From: Octopus sinensis
Taxonomy: Eukaryota
Assembly (NCBI RefSeq): GCF_006345805.1
Contig: NC_043013.1
Coordinates: forward strand, 49,538,001-49,602,000
Direction: 5' to 3'
DNA length: 64,000 bases
Under the pieces are notes generated by a model. That model had not been told where the DNA came from. It saw nothing but the letters and a program-made list of their open reading frames with translations, and made no database searches. This document shows positions 13,065 through 25,584 of this stretch, one piece after another; position 1 is the first letter of the stretch, and each line of letters starts with the position of its first letter. Position numbers and translations under genes: made by a program.

Positions 13065-13370
13065 GCAGGAGTGGCTGTGTGGTAAGAAGCCTTGTGAGTG
13101 GATTTGGTAGACGGAAACTGAAAGAAGCCTGTCGTATATATGTATATATATATATATGCGTGTGTGTGTTTGTGTGTCTGTGTTTGTCCCCCTAGCATTA
13201 CTTGACAACCAATGCTGGTGTGTTTATGTCCCCGTTACTTAGTGGTTCGGCAAAAGAGACCGATAGAATAAGTACTGGGCTTACAAAAGAATAAGTCCCG
13301 GAGTCGAGTTGCTCGATTAAAGGCGGTGCTCCAGCATGGCCACAGTCAAATGACTGAAACAAGTAAAAGA

Positions 13371-13372
<2 letters not shown>
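13065..13372 (+). mobile_element. SINE family A with internal deletion
   Basis: Head jumps from ggtaag directly to aagccttgtgagtgg. Confidence 0.85.
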
Positions 13373-13404
<32 letters not shown>

Positions 13405-13506
13405 TACTGTTCTAAGATGGTAATATCAACAAAAACAGTACTCCATCTGGTGAGCGATAAAGAATATCTAATAAACCCAATATATATTTTTATGAGCTAC
13501 TCTTAG

Positions 13507-13688
13507 TTTCATGCAATGAAAACATCTCAGGCAGTATCTTTTATCATATGTGGTTCCTTCACATAATCCTCAAGTTATGCTGACATGGCATAGCAAGCTT
13601 GTTATGACATATAGGCACAGCCTGAGGATTCCATGAAGGTACCAGATGCATTGAAAAATGTTGTCTGAGATGTTTTCATTACATAAAA
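13507..13688. mobile_element. Foldback / MITE-like imperfect inverted repeat
   Basis: ttcatgcaatgaaaacatctcaggca pairs with tgtctgagatgttttcattacataaa; inner arms also pair. Confidence 0.55.
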
Positions 13689-13719
13689 CTAACAATAGGT
13701 CATAAATATATATATATAT

Positions 13720-14025
13720 ATACAATATCACCGAAATCACCATGACCACCAGGCTATCAGATGTTGCTACACATCGCTGGCCACAATGCGCTTCGCATTG
13801 TTTTAGCCTTCAAATGACGCCACCCCGCTGGCTAAGCGAGCAGGCCAACAGAAGAATGTGTGAGAGAAAGTTGTGGCGAAAGAGTACAGCAGGGATGGCC
13901 ACCACCCCCTGCTGGAGCCTCATGGAGCCTTAGTTGTTTTTGCTCAAAAAACACTCACAACGCTCGGTCTGGGAATTGAAACCGCGATCCTACAACTGCG
14001 AGTCTGCTGTCCTAACCACCGGGCC
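13720..14025 (-). mobile_element. tRNA-derived SINE (family D-related)
   Basis: Shares gagagaaagttgtggcgaaagag and the tRNA-like end with 31890-32206. Confidence 0.7.
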
Positions 14026-14544
14026 ATATATATCTCTGTATGTGCATGTGTGTGTGTGCATGTTTAATGTATGTATATACATACACACACATAAATATCC
14101 AAACATGATTACATGCCCACATATATAACTAAAATAGTCTTAAGGAAAACCCAGAATGACAGAGAGATAAATTTGAGCAACAAAGACAAGTAAAAGTATA
14201 CCATGTCACACCATGACATTAGTTCAGTGGGTTAGTCAAGAGACAACTTAGTATTTCTATTACTACAATTATTTTTTATTCAGTTTTGTATTGTTTGGAA
14301 TAGGCAGTAAATAGGGATGGGTCTACTGACAGTATATGGTTCATACTCAACAAAACTACTTCCTATGAAAACATAATTTCCAAACATGACCAGCTGACAC
14401 TATGGGATGTTATCCAACTATCTCACTCACGATCTAAAAGCCACCCATCCTTCCAGCAGAAATATTTGGCAAATTGATAAATATTTTTGCTTATTTGCTA
14501 TGCAAATTATATATGCCTAATTGCATAATATTTAATTTGAATAT

Positions 14545-14840
14545 CTCTTTTACTCTTTACTCTTTTACTTGTTTCAGTCATTTGACTGCGGCCATGCTGG
14601 AGCACCGCCTTTAATCGAGCAACTTGACCCCGGGACTTATTCTCTTTGTAAGCCCAGTACTTATTCTATCGGTCTCTTTTGCCAAACCGCTAAGTAACGG
14701 GGACATAAACACACCAGCATCGGTTGTCAAGCGATGTTGGGGGGACAAACACACACATACATATATATATATACATATATACGACGGGCTTCTTTTCAGT
14801 TTCCGTCTACCAAATCCACTCACAAGGCTTTGGTCAGCCC
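14545..14840 (-). mobile_element. SINE family A, 3' two-thirds
   Basis: Reverse complement of the family A tail and microsatellite. Confidence 0.85.
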
Positions 14841-15316
14841 AACATCTTTTAAAATGCCATTTAGTAATTGTTTGTCCATTATTTCTCTCTTCATTAGAGC
14901 TGGACTATTTTACCCTCGTTAAGAATTTGGAATTTAAGAATCTGATCAGTATGAGTACTTATTCATTGGAAATCTATTCCAAACTTATACTACCACCTAT
15001 ATATATATCTATATACATACATTTATATGTGTATAAGTATATATATATACAAACAATACAAACTTTTTATCTTATATTAAACTTTTTAATACTTTTTGAT
15101 AGTTATATATATTTAATAAAAAAAATTTATAAATATAAATTAATAATTTTCATTTTAAATTTAAATAATTTAAATTTTATATTTTATATATTTTGTATAT
15201 TATATTAATTATTTTTATTTTTATGTATTGGTATATGTTTTTCACTGTTTGATTTGCCTAATAGTGGTTTTATCTCTAATTTAATTTATATATATATATT
15301 ATATAGATATATATTT

Positions 15317-15362
<46 letters not shown>

Positions 15363-15789
15363 ATTTGGGGATGGTCATGTTACCAGTTTAGCCAATAAAA
15401 ACACATACACTTGCTTCAGTGGTCCACTTGCTTTTTTTTCTTTTTTGCCTGTCTCTCCTTCCTAATGATCTGCCATTTTGTATTCCTGCTGTATGTGTCT
15501 TTATTTGCACATGCCTACATCCCTGTGTGTGTCTATGTTTAGAAAGTGTGTGTGTGTGGGGGGGGGGGGATGTGCCTGCATACCAGTATGCCCTATTTAT
15601 ACACGTTCATTTAATTTACTTCTATTTATTTTATTCATTTGTCTATATCTAATTTTTCTTTTCTTTCTATTTTTTGTATTTAATTTAATTTATTTTTTAA
15701 CGTATATAGTTATTTAATTCCATTTGTTTATCTGTGTATTGTATTATATTTTGTTCATGTTGTTATCAGCTTATGAGGATCTTATTCTG

Positions 15790-16480
15790 TCATATGTTGT
15801 GGCGTGTTGGGGGTGTGTACTAGTGTTCCATTCCAGTTTCCTATTCAGGCTAAGTTTATCTTCTGTGTGTAGCTTCCGTAATTTGTCTAAGCATCGTGTC
15901 TATTCTATCTGTGGACAAGATTTTAACTTCTATGTTGTTGAGCAAGCCCCATGTTCATTCTCGGTGTGCTGGTACAGAACCAATGAGCTCTTCTCTTCCT
16001 TAAGTTCGTTCCAGTGCTCATTTATCCACTCTCCTATGCTCCGTGCTGTCTCCCCTATGTACGTCATTGTCTTGTTACTGCATCGTCCCCCTGTACATCT
16101 TATACTATAGACTACATTCCTAGCTTTACAATTTGTTTGTGGGATATATCCTATCCGTACAGGGGTTTCTACTAAAAGGGTAGGTTCTACCGATTAGGGA
16201 TTTGATAGGAATTGCCTGGCCTTTCTACAACCCTAATTCTTAGCTTAAGTTTGTCAAGGGTCTTTCTAAAGTGGTTCACTCGTTCGTTCTAGGAGTAGTG
16301 TCGATGAACATGAAACTCTGGTATTTGTGGCCATCATACCATGAGTTGGCTTTCCATATTCTCTTTTTAGTCCTTTCAATGGTGTTCCATGACTTGCTCC
16401 TATAGAAGCCTGAACTACAAGGGGTTTGTCCCACAGAGAACGCTTCTGGTTACTTTTGGGTACTACCTCATATATATAAG
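15790..16480 (-). mobile_element. Penelope-like element 3' region with GIY-YIG endonuclease remnant
   Basis: Minus strand reads CKARNVVYSIRC...TYIGETARSIGEWINEHW. Confidence 0.8.
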
Positions 16481-16604
16481 CATTTTTTATAAAGAATATG
16501 AGCTAATGTACAACACAAACATTTGATCACCATAAACAAATCATCTATGCAAGTTCTTCATAAAACAATAGGGAACCCTCACCTGTTGTCTATGACAAGA
16601 GAGT

Positions 16605-16650
<46 letters not shown>

Positions 16651-16679
16651 CATACATATATATATATATGTATGTGTGT

Positions 16680-16930
16680 ATCATCATCATCATCATTTAG
16701 CGTCCGCTTTCCATGCTAGCATGGGTTGGACGGTTCAACTGGGGTCTGGGAAGCCAGAAGGCTGCACCAGGCCCAGTCTGATCTGGCAATGTTTCTACGG
16801 TTGGATGATGCCCTTCTTAACGCCAACCACTTGGTGAGTGTAGTGGGTGCTTTTTACGTGCCACTGGCACAGGTGCCAGACGAGGCTGGTAAATGGCCAC
16901 GGTCGGATGGTGCTTTTTACGTGCCACCAG
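16680..16930 (-). mobile_element. Family B (RTE 3' end)
   Basis: catcatcatttagcgtccgctttccatgc... Confidence 0.85.
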
Positions 16931-17257
16931 CACACACACACACATATATATATATATATACAGTAGTGGCCATAGTACAAGGGTCAGTAAGAGCAAGTGT
17001 ATTGAAATAGTTATTATAGAAGGGATTAACAACATGTTGAAACTAGATATATTATACATATTTAGATATATATAATATCTATCTCCCGTGAAAATTTCAA
17101 GTGAATGGAATAAATATTTTGTAAGTTATAAACAAACAATCTCCCAAATTGCAATGGCCAAAAGTTAAGGGTTACTTAGAAAAAATGAACTACTAACCGA
17201 GGCATATGTTGTTTAGTAGACTGTTACTTATCCTCTTAGAATACTGGAGCATTCAAA

Positions 17258-17478
17258 GGCAGCGAGCTGGCGGAAATGTTAGTATGCCGGGCGAAATGCT
17301 TAGCGGCATTTCAGCTGTCTTTACACCCTGAGTTCAAATTCTGCCGAGGTCGACTTTACTTTTCATCCTTTCGGGCTCGATAAATTAGTTACCAGTTGCA
17401 TACTGGAGTCTATCTAATCGCCTGGCCCCTCCCATCAAAAAATTTGGGGCTTTGTGCCTAGAGTAGAAAAGATTATTA
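17258..17478 (+). mobile_element. SINE family C, alternative 3' end
   Basis: Family C head and body. Confidence 0.8.
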
Positions 17479-17689
17479 GAACATTCAACTGTCATACATA
17501 CATACATACATACATACATACATACATACATGCATACGTACGTACATACATACATACACATACATGCACACACACACATACATACATACATACATACATA
17601 CATACATACATACATACATACATACATACAACCACTGGCAACTATCACATCAACAGTGACACTGATAGGATTTAGGAGAGACAAAGCTA

Positions 17690-18680
17690 TGGCAGTAGAG
17701 GCATAAGGTCAGTCTACACAGACAACACCTGCTGAACGGTAAAGAAAGGAATTAGTACATTACACGTATACTCAAAAGTGAGAGCAGTAACATCTTCATA
17801 GTTGGAGAAGGACTACTGAGCAGGTATCCTGAGAATACAATTGTCCCACCTAGAAGGATATGCCTTCACTATCCAGGAACAGGAAATAGCTATTAAATAT
17901 CTGATAAACAAGAGGGACAAAGATGCCACCAAAGCTCTATGTTGTGATAGGAAACATCAGTTCTGCTATACCAGCGTGGAAAATATCACCCACATCATCA
18001 GCAGCTGCCACAAAGTGTGTCTACATTACCTGCCTTAAGGCATGATGTATATTTCTTTACTACTCACAAGGGGCTAAACACAGAGGGGACAAACAAGGAC
18101 AGACAAAGGGATTAAGTCGATGACATCGACTCCAGTGCGAAACTGGTACTTTATTTATCGACCCCGAAAGATGAAAGGCAAAGTTGACGTCTGCAATGAT
18201 TACAATGCTATCTGCAAGAAGGATTAATCTGATGTATACGTCAAAAGCATGTCAGAACCAGCAGGTATTCACACCTTTAAAAACAAGGAATACTGGTGGA
18301 ATGTCCAATAAAAACAGCAATTCGGTGCAAACGTAACAAACTTGACATAATTCTTTGGGACAGGGAACAAAGGTCATGCACTGTTGTAGAGGTCAACTAT
18401 CCAGTGGATGTGAATGCACTATCAAAAGTTCAGGAAAAAGAGAACATTGATGGTGAATTAATGCATAAGTTATAGTTCTTGTACCCTGACTATGGATTCT
18501 CATTTGTACCCATCATCATAGGTGCATTAGACTATGTACCAACGAATTTGCACAAAAACCTAGAAATACTAGGTTTTTTGAAGAAAGAGCATAAGAAACT
18601 GACACAGATTCTTCAAATCCAATCTATTAGTGGCACAGTGAAGATTTGTAAGATATTCTAAAGATTTTCCATCTGAGATT
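17690..18680 (+). mobile_element. R4/Dong-like non-LTR 3' fragment (restriction-like endonuclease) with a family C SINE nested at about 18047-18193 (minus strand)
   Basis: HLEGYAFTIQEQEI, ENITHIISSC, YPDYGFSFVPIIIGALDYVP, SGTVKICK; many stops and frameshifts. Confidence 0.75.
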
Positions 18681-19089
18681 CTTCACATGAAAAGATGCAC
18701 ACACTTGGATGTGTACATCAACAGTTCAACCACATATTTACAAACACTAGAAACTCTCTCAACTCAAAATGTTTTGCTATTTTGTTGACACCCAGCTTGA
18801 ACTTGTTTAAGAACTTAAATAAAACTCAACAAAAAACATACACACATACATACATACATGCATGCAAGCATGCATACATGCATACATGCATACATGCATA
18901 CATGCATATATGCATACATACATACATGCATGCATACTTACATGCATGCATGCATACATACATACATACATACATACATACATACATACATACATACATA
19001 CATACATACATGCATGCATGCATGCATGCCAGTACTTATATCAACATTTGAGCTTTTGATTGGACCCTTGATGAGATCCAAGCCATTGA

Positions 19090-20200
19090 TGTGAAAACCT
19101 GGAAGATACTAACCAGCACACATAATTTCCAGCCTCTACTTAAAATGAAAACAAGATGGCAGTAGCTTAACATCAATCTAGATTGCCTTTGAATGTCGTA
19201 TCATATCCCTTCGGCAACATCTTTTAATCACCACGTGTTGAAGTGTATCCCTTGATCAATTTTAAATACATGAGACTGATAACATCTTAAAACTTGGAAG
19301 CCTCATGTATTTAAACTTGAGTAGTATTCCTTATCTGATAACTTTAAATACATGCCCAAAGAAGTTGCAAGACTCTACCGTAACATATCAGATGAAAGGA
19401 TGAGAATATATGAGCAGAAGACCATACATGGATGTGTTAGTAGAAAGCTTCGAGATGTTAGTAACATTGATCACCAAAGCAGTCTATCATGGACCAACAA
19501 CTGGAATACTACTTCCCACTTTGAAGGGTATGCGTTTGCAATCTAGGAACAGGAAATACCAACCAAGTATCTGATGCACAAAAGGGATAGAGATGGAGTA
19601 AAAGCAGTAAAATGTGACAACCGATGCAGACTTTGTGGAGTTCACACTGAAGATATCACCCACACTATAAGCAGGTGTCCAAAAATGTCATCACAGTATT
19701 ATCTTCTCATGAGACATCCATTGAAATGAAATCCATTGGAAGGATAACCCCAAAGACAAAGAAATAAGAACCCACAATATGGTAGAAGCCATAGCCACTC
19801 ATAATATAAAGGAATATTGGTAGAATACTCCAGTGAAAATCTCAATAAAATGTAAACACAATAGACATGATATAATGATTTGGGATAGAGAAGAGAAACT
19901 GCATACAGTTGTGGAAATCAGCTGCCCAGCAGATGTTAACGTAAAGCTGAAGATTAGTGAAAAAGAAAATACCTACGTTGAACTATTGAAAAATCTGCAT
20001 TTAATCTATCCATTAGTTCCAGTTCGGGTTTATACCTGTAATTACTTGGGTTCTGGGATATGTAAAACACTGCCTAGATACCAATCCTGAGAAATTAGGC
20101 TTCTCAAAACCAGAAAGGAGAAAACTGGTTCAAAGACTACAGAGCCAAGCCAATCACTGGAACTGTAAAAATCTGTAAAACTTACCAGAAGTTTATCATT
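19090..20200 (+). mobile_element. Second R4/Dong-like non-LTR 3' fragment
   Basis: SHFEGYAFAI*EQEIPTKY, CRLCGVHTEDITH zinc knuckle, HDIMIWDREEK...VVEISCP. Confidence 0.8.
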
Positions 20201-20557
20201 TAAGTATACATGAACTTGTCTAGACATGCAAATATATGCATGAGAAGACATACATAAACAAAACATACAAATCTGCTTGTATACATACATCCAAAAATAT
20301 GCTGTTGATGTTATTGAAATTCCAGTGAAGGAATCTTGGATCTAGGTTAGAAACTGGCTCTTTTGCTATTGACAAGAAATCTTGAATCAAAATTGAATAA
20401 TGACAGACAGATAGACATATGGAGTAGCTTTGGTGAAGCATTGTGTGACATTATTTTAAAGAGATTTGTTGTGTAAGGCTGGAACAATGTGAGAAATTAT
20501 AAAGTAAACAACAAAAAGAAAGAAAACAAGAGCACTCAGAGAGTGCAAACGTCCTAC

Positions 20558-21130
20558 ATGTGAACTGTATGGATGGCTTTATTGAGTTCACATAATCTAA
20601 CAGCACCTGGACATCTTCCTGGTGGGGCCAGAGAATAAAGGTGTCATCAACATATCGCAGCCATAGGGTTGGTTTTAGTGGTGTTGATCCTAAAGCCAAA
20701 TTCTCAAAGTATTCAATGCATATGTTGGCTAATATCGGTGATAATGGTGAACCCATAGCTAAACCCTCTTCCTGTCGATATATATCAGTGTCCAAACTGA
20801 AATAGGTAGTTTCTACACAGAAGGTCAATATTTCCATCAAGTTTCTTATTGGTATACTAGTATGGATTCAGGACACCCGTATACCACAAGCCGACCTTCA
20901 CTAGATGATACCCTAACTTCAATTCCCACCATCCATACAGTGTAAAGAGAGGGATTGCTCAGTGCCCAAAACATCAAGCAAAGAATATAAGTAACGATTG
21001 TGATACCCACGATGAAGAAATGATCAAGATTAGTAACAATCTATTAAGCCACAACTACCCACAAAACATACTATCTACTCCAATTATGAAGAAAAGAGAG
21101 GATGAAACCAATAAACTGTCTACAGTCTGT
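20558..21130. mobile_element. Penelope-like RT fragment with internal inversion
   Basis: Minus 20558-20870: GLAMGSPLSPILAN...WLRYVDDTFILW...SIQFT. Plus 20880-21130: YHKPTFT..FNSHHPYSVKRGI. Confidence 0.85.
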
Positions 21131-21757
21131 CTTCCACAGCTCTAGGGGCCAATTCTGTAGGTTTTTACTCCAATCTTTGCAACATTTGCTTTTGAAAGTA
21201 GTGGTTTTCTGATTGCAACCCTCCCATGAAATCCGGCTTTGTGCAGCTCCTAACAAACAGATTTTGTGGAAACAGGGTTCTCGAGGTGGTCATTAAGCTC
21301 TACAGTAATTTTGGGAGCTGTATTTTTGTGATCCTTTCTAACAATTCGCATAAGAGTCTGACAGTCCCTATCTGAAAGCCTTGGTTTTCTTCCAGAGTTT
21401 TGTTTTGACATGGTGGTTTTTTTCTCTCTTTCTCAAAGGCTGTCATTACTTTAAAGACAGTACTTCTTGATACACCAAATATTTCGGCTTTTTTCAGTAT
21501 GCTAGCATCTGCTATATGAGCACCAACAATTTGACCTCTTCGAAAGTCTGATAGATGTTATTTTAATGAATTTTAATTACTTTTTTCTGATGATATCTGA
21601 AAAGAAACAGCAATTTTACCAATACATATTAAGCAACACTAATAATAAATATATAAAAAAAAAACATAAAAATAAACAAGCTTTTGACGGTTTTATAGAT
21701 ATTTCGAAATTATGATGGTATGATACTAGGTGTTTCCATTATTTTGTCCAACCCCTG
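21125..21757 (-). mobile_element. Tc1 transposon 5' portion with TIR
   Basis: TA+CAGGGGTTGGACAAAATAATGGAAACACC terminus; AEIFGVSRSTVFKV...SGRKPRLSDRD...RKPLL. Confidence 0.8.
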
Positions 21758-21767
21758 TATATATCTG

Positions 21768-21845
<78 letters not shown>

Positions 21846-21917
21846 TAGTCAGAGACACAGACTGACAGAATTGCATAATTGCATAAATAAAAAAAGTTAT
21901 ATATGTATGTATACATG

Positions 21918-21979
<62 letters not shown>

Positions 21980-22836
21980 TGATTGTTGTGTTAATGTGTA
22001 CTTGCTTTTACATGTTAACATATGCTAGATGGATTTGCAATACACCTGTAGCCCTCACTGATTTAATCAATTCTTTTTTTTTTTCTTTTTTTATGAAATG
22101 ATAATTCTCAGATCTAAATCCAAAATCTCCCCCCAGAATTTTGTTGCTTCTGGTATTTTTACATATTTTACCTACTATGTACGATGCACTTGGATTTTAT
22201 TTATAGCAGTATAGATGTCTTTCCAACATACTTCATGTGTCAAGTTGCCTTCTCAACTCATTTGTACTCATCTTCTCTGCTAAATTACTTTAAAACATCG
22301 AGCATATCTTAACCCACTTTCCCATCTGTTGCAGATAGATCATATAGTATTGCACTTCGTGTGTATATTTCACACAAGCTTTTATTTTCATAGGCAAAGA
22401 AATTTGCTGTAACTTGCAGAGGTAACATCCCCAAAATTTTCCATCTTATTATCTTATATAACTCATTATAGCACCAATTATATAACCTAAGTACCAGAAC
22501 ACACACACACACACAAGGCATCAAAACATTCAGCAAGCAATCTGATCTCCTTGATGTCAATTTCCTGATACTTGATTGTTATGCATGTTGTAGATTTAAA
22601 GTTTTGATTTCTTCAGAATCTACCCTTAATCTCATGGCACCATTTTTCTGTGAAATTAGCATTCTCAGATCTAACCGCTATGCATTATCAGATCTTTTGT
22701 TACTTTTGGAATTTTTCTTTCATTTCAGATACATTTTCACCAATTGAATATAATGCACTCATACTTTATTTACAGCACTATAGACTTCTCTTCAACATAC
22801 TTCATGTGTCACTTCTTTCCAATTAGAGAACATAAG

Positions 22837-23245
22837 GCGCAGGAGTGGCTGTGTGGTAAGTAGCTTGTTTACCAACCACATGGTTCCGGGTTCAGTCCCA
22901 CTGTGTGGCACCTTGGGCAAATGTCTTCTACTATAGCCTCAGGCCAACCAAAGCCTTGTGAGTGGATTTGGTAGATGGAAACTGAAAAGAAGCCCGTCGT
23001 ATATATGTATATATATATATATGCGTGTGTGTGTTTGTGTCTATGTTTGTCCCCCTAGCATTGCTTGACAACCGATGCTGGTGTGTTTATGTCCCCGTCA
23101 CTTAGCGGTTCGGCAAAAGAGACCGATAGAATAAGTACTGGGCTTACAAAAGAATAAGTCTCGGGGTTGAGTTGCTCGATTAAAGGTGGTGCTCCAGCAT
23201 GGCCACAGTCAAATGACTGAAACAAGTAAAAGAGAGTAAAAGAGT
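22837..23245 (+). mobile_element. SINE family A
   Basis: Full-length copy. Confidence 0.9.
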
Positions 23246-23929
23246 ATAAGGTTTACTACTCTCACGAGTCCTGGATTTCTGAGTAATGCTAAAATCTTAG
23301 GTTTACAATGAAAAGAAAACACTCAAAAGCAGTGCACCGGTAATCAATGAATTGTATTCAAAGTTTCTCCTAAGTTCACTGCCAATCGTAGCAGAGTTTG
23401 GCTCCCTTTTATGATTTATTGTCTACATGTAGAGAAATCATATCAAAACTTTTATTCTGATTAGCAGCTGAAAAATAAAGCTGTTTCTCTTTTCTACTTG
23501 TTTAGCTTCTAGTTTAATTAATTACTTCTATTCCCGAAGTGAAACAAATAGAAAGTGCAATATTATTCGGCTATTGCAAGAACAAAGTAATATGAAGAAG
23601 GAATGATACATCGTTATTCTGAACCAGGAAATAACTGCACAAATTTGTTCATTGTTATGATCAAGCTATAATCTTTGCACTGTTGATCAGAGACGGTACC
23701 TTTACAACACAGCAGAATTATTCTCCTGAAAAATCAGATGTTGGTTCTATTCTGAAAACCACTGACTTGCCAAGAAAGATCATTGTGATGCTAAACAGAA
23801 ATATAGACAACGTGGAACAGATGAGAATAGAAGGCGACGCAATAGATCATCCAACTATCCCAAGCAAGTGACAAAAAAGGCAGTGTTTGAGTTAGAACAT
23901 GTAGCAACAAGCCCTGACAGGGAAGTGTT

Positions 23930-24610
23930 CTAGAAATATGTACATTCAAAGCAGAGACCTCACTCTCCGGTTGGCCCTCTTTACAATCCCGACACAGATC
24001 GGATCACTGATGATCCCAAAGAATGTGATGAGTTTATTGCTAAAATGCTATGCTGGCATTTTTACTGCTGAAAATCCAAATGTCGCTTCTTCACCAACTC
24101 TGACATCAGATTCCATAACATCTGTGAAATTCACACTAGCAATGCTGCGATGTCACCTCAAGAATAAGCACAACTATGCCTCTCCTGTTCTTCATGGTGT
24201 GACTTATCTACTTCTCAAATGTGGCAGGTTTTTTCTTTTGCGCCAGCTTTCATTCTCCTTTCACTTCTGCCTTAACCCTTTAGTGTTCAGATTATTCGAT
24301 CAAACATAATGCCTATTGATTCCCATTGATTTGAATTAATCATGCATTATCTCATATCTTCAAGGTCTTGATGGTGTAATTACTTAATGTAGAATAACAT
24401 TGTAGGGTAGGCGTGAGGGCCTGGATCTGGTCAGTTTGAACATAAAACAGATTAAATATTTTGGCTAGATATGGCCAGTTTAAATACTAAAGGGTTAATA
24501 TCTGTGTTACTCCACAGCAGTGGAGAATTGCCAATGTTGTTCCCCTGTTCAACAAAGAGAAGGTCTATCTACAAATTACCTGCCTCACGGTATGAGGGAA
24601 GCACTAGAAA
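23930..24610 (+). mobile_element. Decayed CR1-like LINE fragment, split by a MITE
   Basis: YVHSK..P..PVGPL, WRIANVVPLF motifs. Confidence 0.6.
24276..24494. mobile_element. piggyBac-like MITE with TTAA target duplication
   Basis: ttaa|CCCTTTAGT...ACTAAAGGG|ttaa. Confidence 0.8.
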
Positions 24611-25249
24611 AGGTGCCCTAAACATTACCTGCCCCACATACACCTAGCAAGGCTTCTATGGCTAGTGTGTGTGTGTGTGTGTGTGTGTGTTTGTGTGTGT
24701 GTTTGTGTGTGTTTGTGTGTGTGAGTGTGTTTGTGTGTGTTTGTGTGTGTGTGTGTGTTTGTGCCCAACCACCACTTAACAACTGGTGTTGGTGTGTTAA
24801 CATCCCTGTAACTTAGCAATTTGACAAGACAGACTGATAGAATAAGTAACTGGCTTTAAAAAATAGGTACAGGATGGATTCGTTTGACTAAAATTCTTCA
24901 AGGCTTGCTCCAGCATGACCGCAGTCTAATGACAGAAACAAAAAAATTAAAAAGATAAAAGATAAATCAAGATGGTCTCATTACCATTTACTCTGGAGTT
25001 TACACAGCATGCAGCTATTCTTTCCGGCAAGTCAGGTTAAGCTTGTCTGATTTCTCTAAAGATGCCACTGCATAATGTGGGGACGCCAGAGCAACAGGCC
25101 ACTGCACTACACTCAAATAAACCACTGCACTCTATAACAAAGTACTTTCTCCAGTTTTTTACCCAGCAACAGAGATGCACACACACACACACGCACACAC
25201 ATGCACACACATATGGACACGCATACATACATGTATGTATGGGCATATA

Positions 25250-25560
25250 TTCTTTTATTCTTTTACTTGTTTCAGTCATGTGACTGCGGCCATGCTGGAG
25301 CACCACCTTTTAGAAGAACAGATCAACTCCAGGACTTATTTTTTAAGCCTGCTACTTATTCTCTTTAGCCAAACCACTATGTTACATGGACAAAAACAGA
25401 CACAAAGACATACACACACACATATATATATATATATATACGATGGGCTTCTTTCAGTTTCCGTCTATCAAATTCACTCAAAAGGCTTTGATCTGCCTGA
25501 GGCTATAATAGAAGACACTTGCACAAGGTGCCTTGCAGTGGGACTGAACTCAGAACCATG
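25250..25560 (-). mobile_element. SINE family A (diverged)
   Basis: Reverse-complement match to family A. Confidence 0.8.
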
Positions 25561-25584
25561 TAACTTGCTCTAGTTGCTGAGTCA

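Noticed and set aside
22100-22810. Diverged direct repeat (22100-22260 versus 22640-22810) as duplicated exons
   Set aside because: Both copies have stops in the best frame; more likely an old local duplication of decayed repeat sequence.
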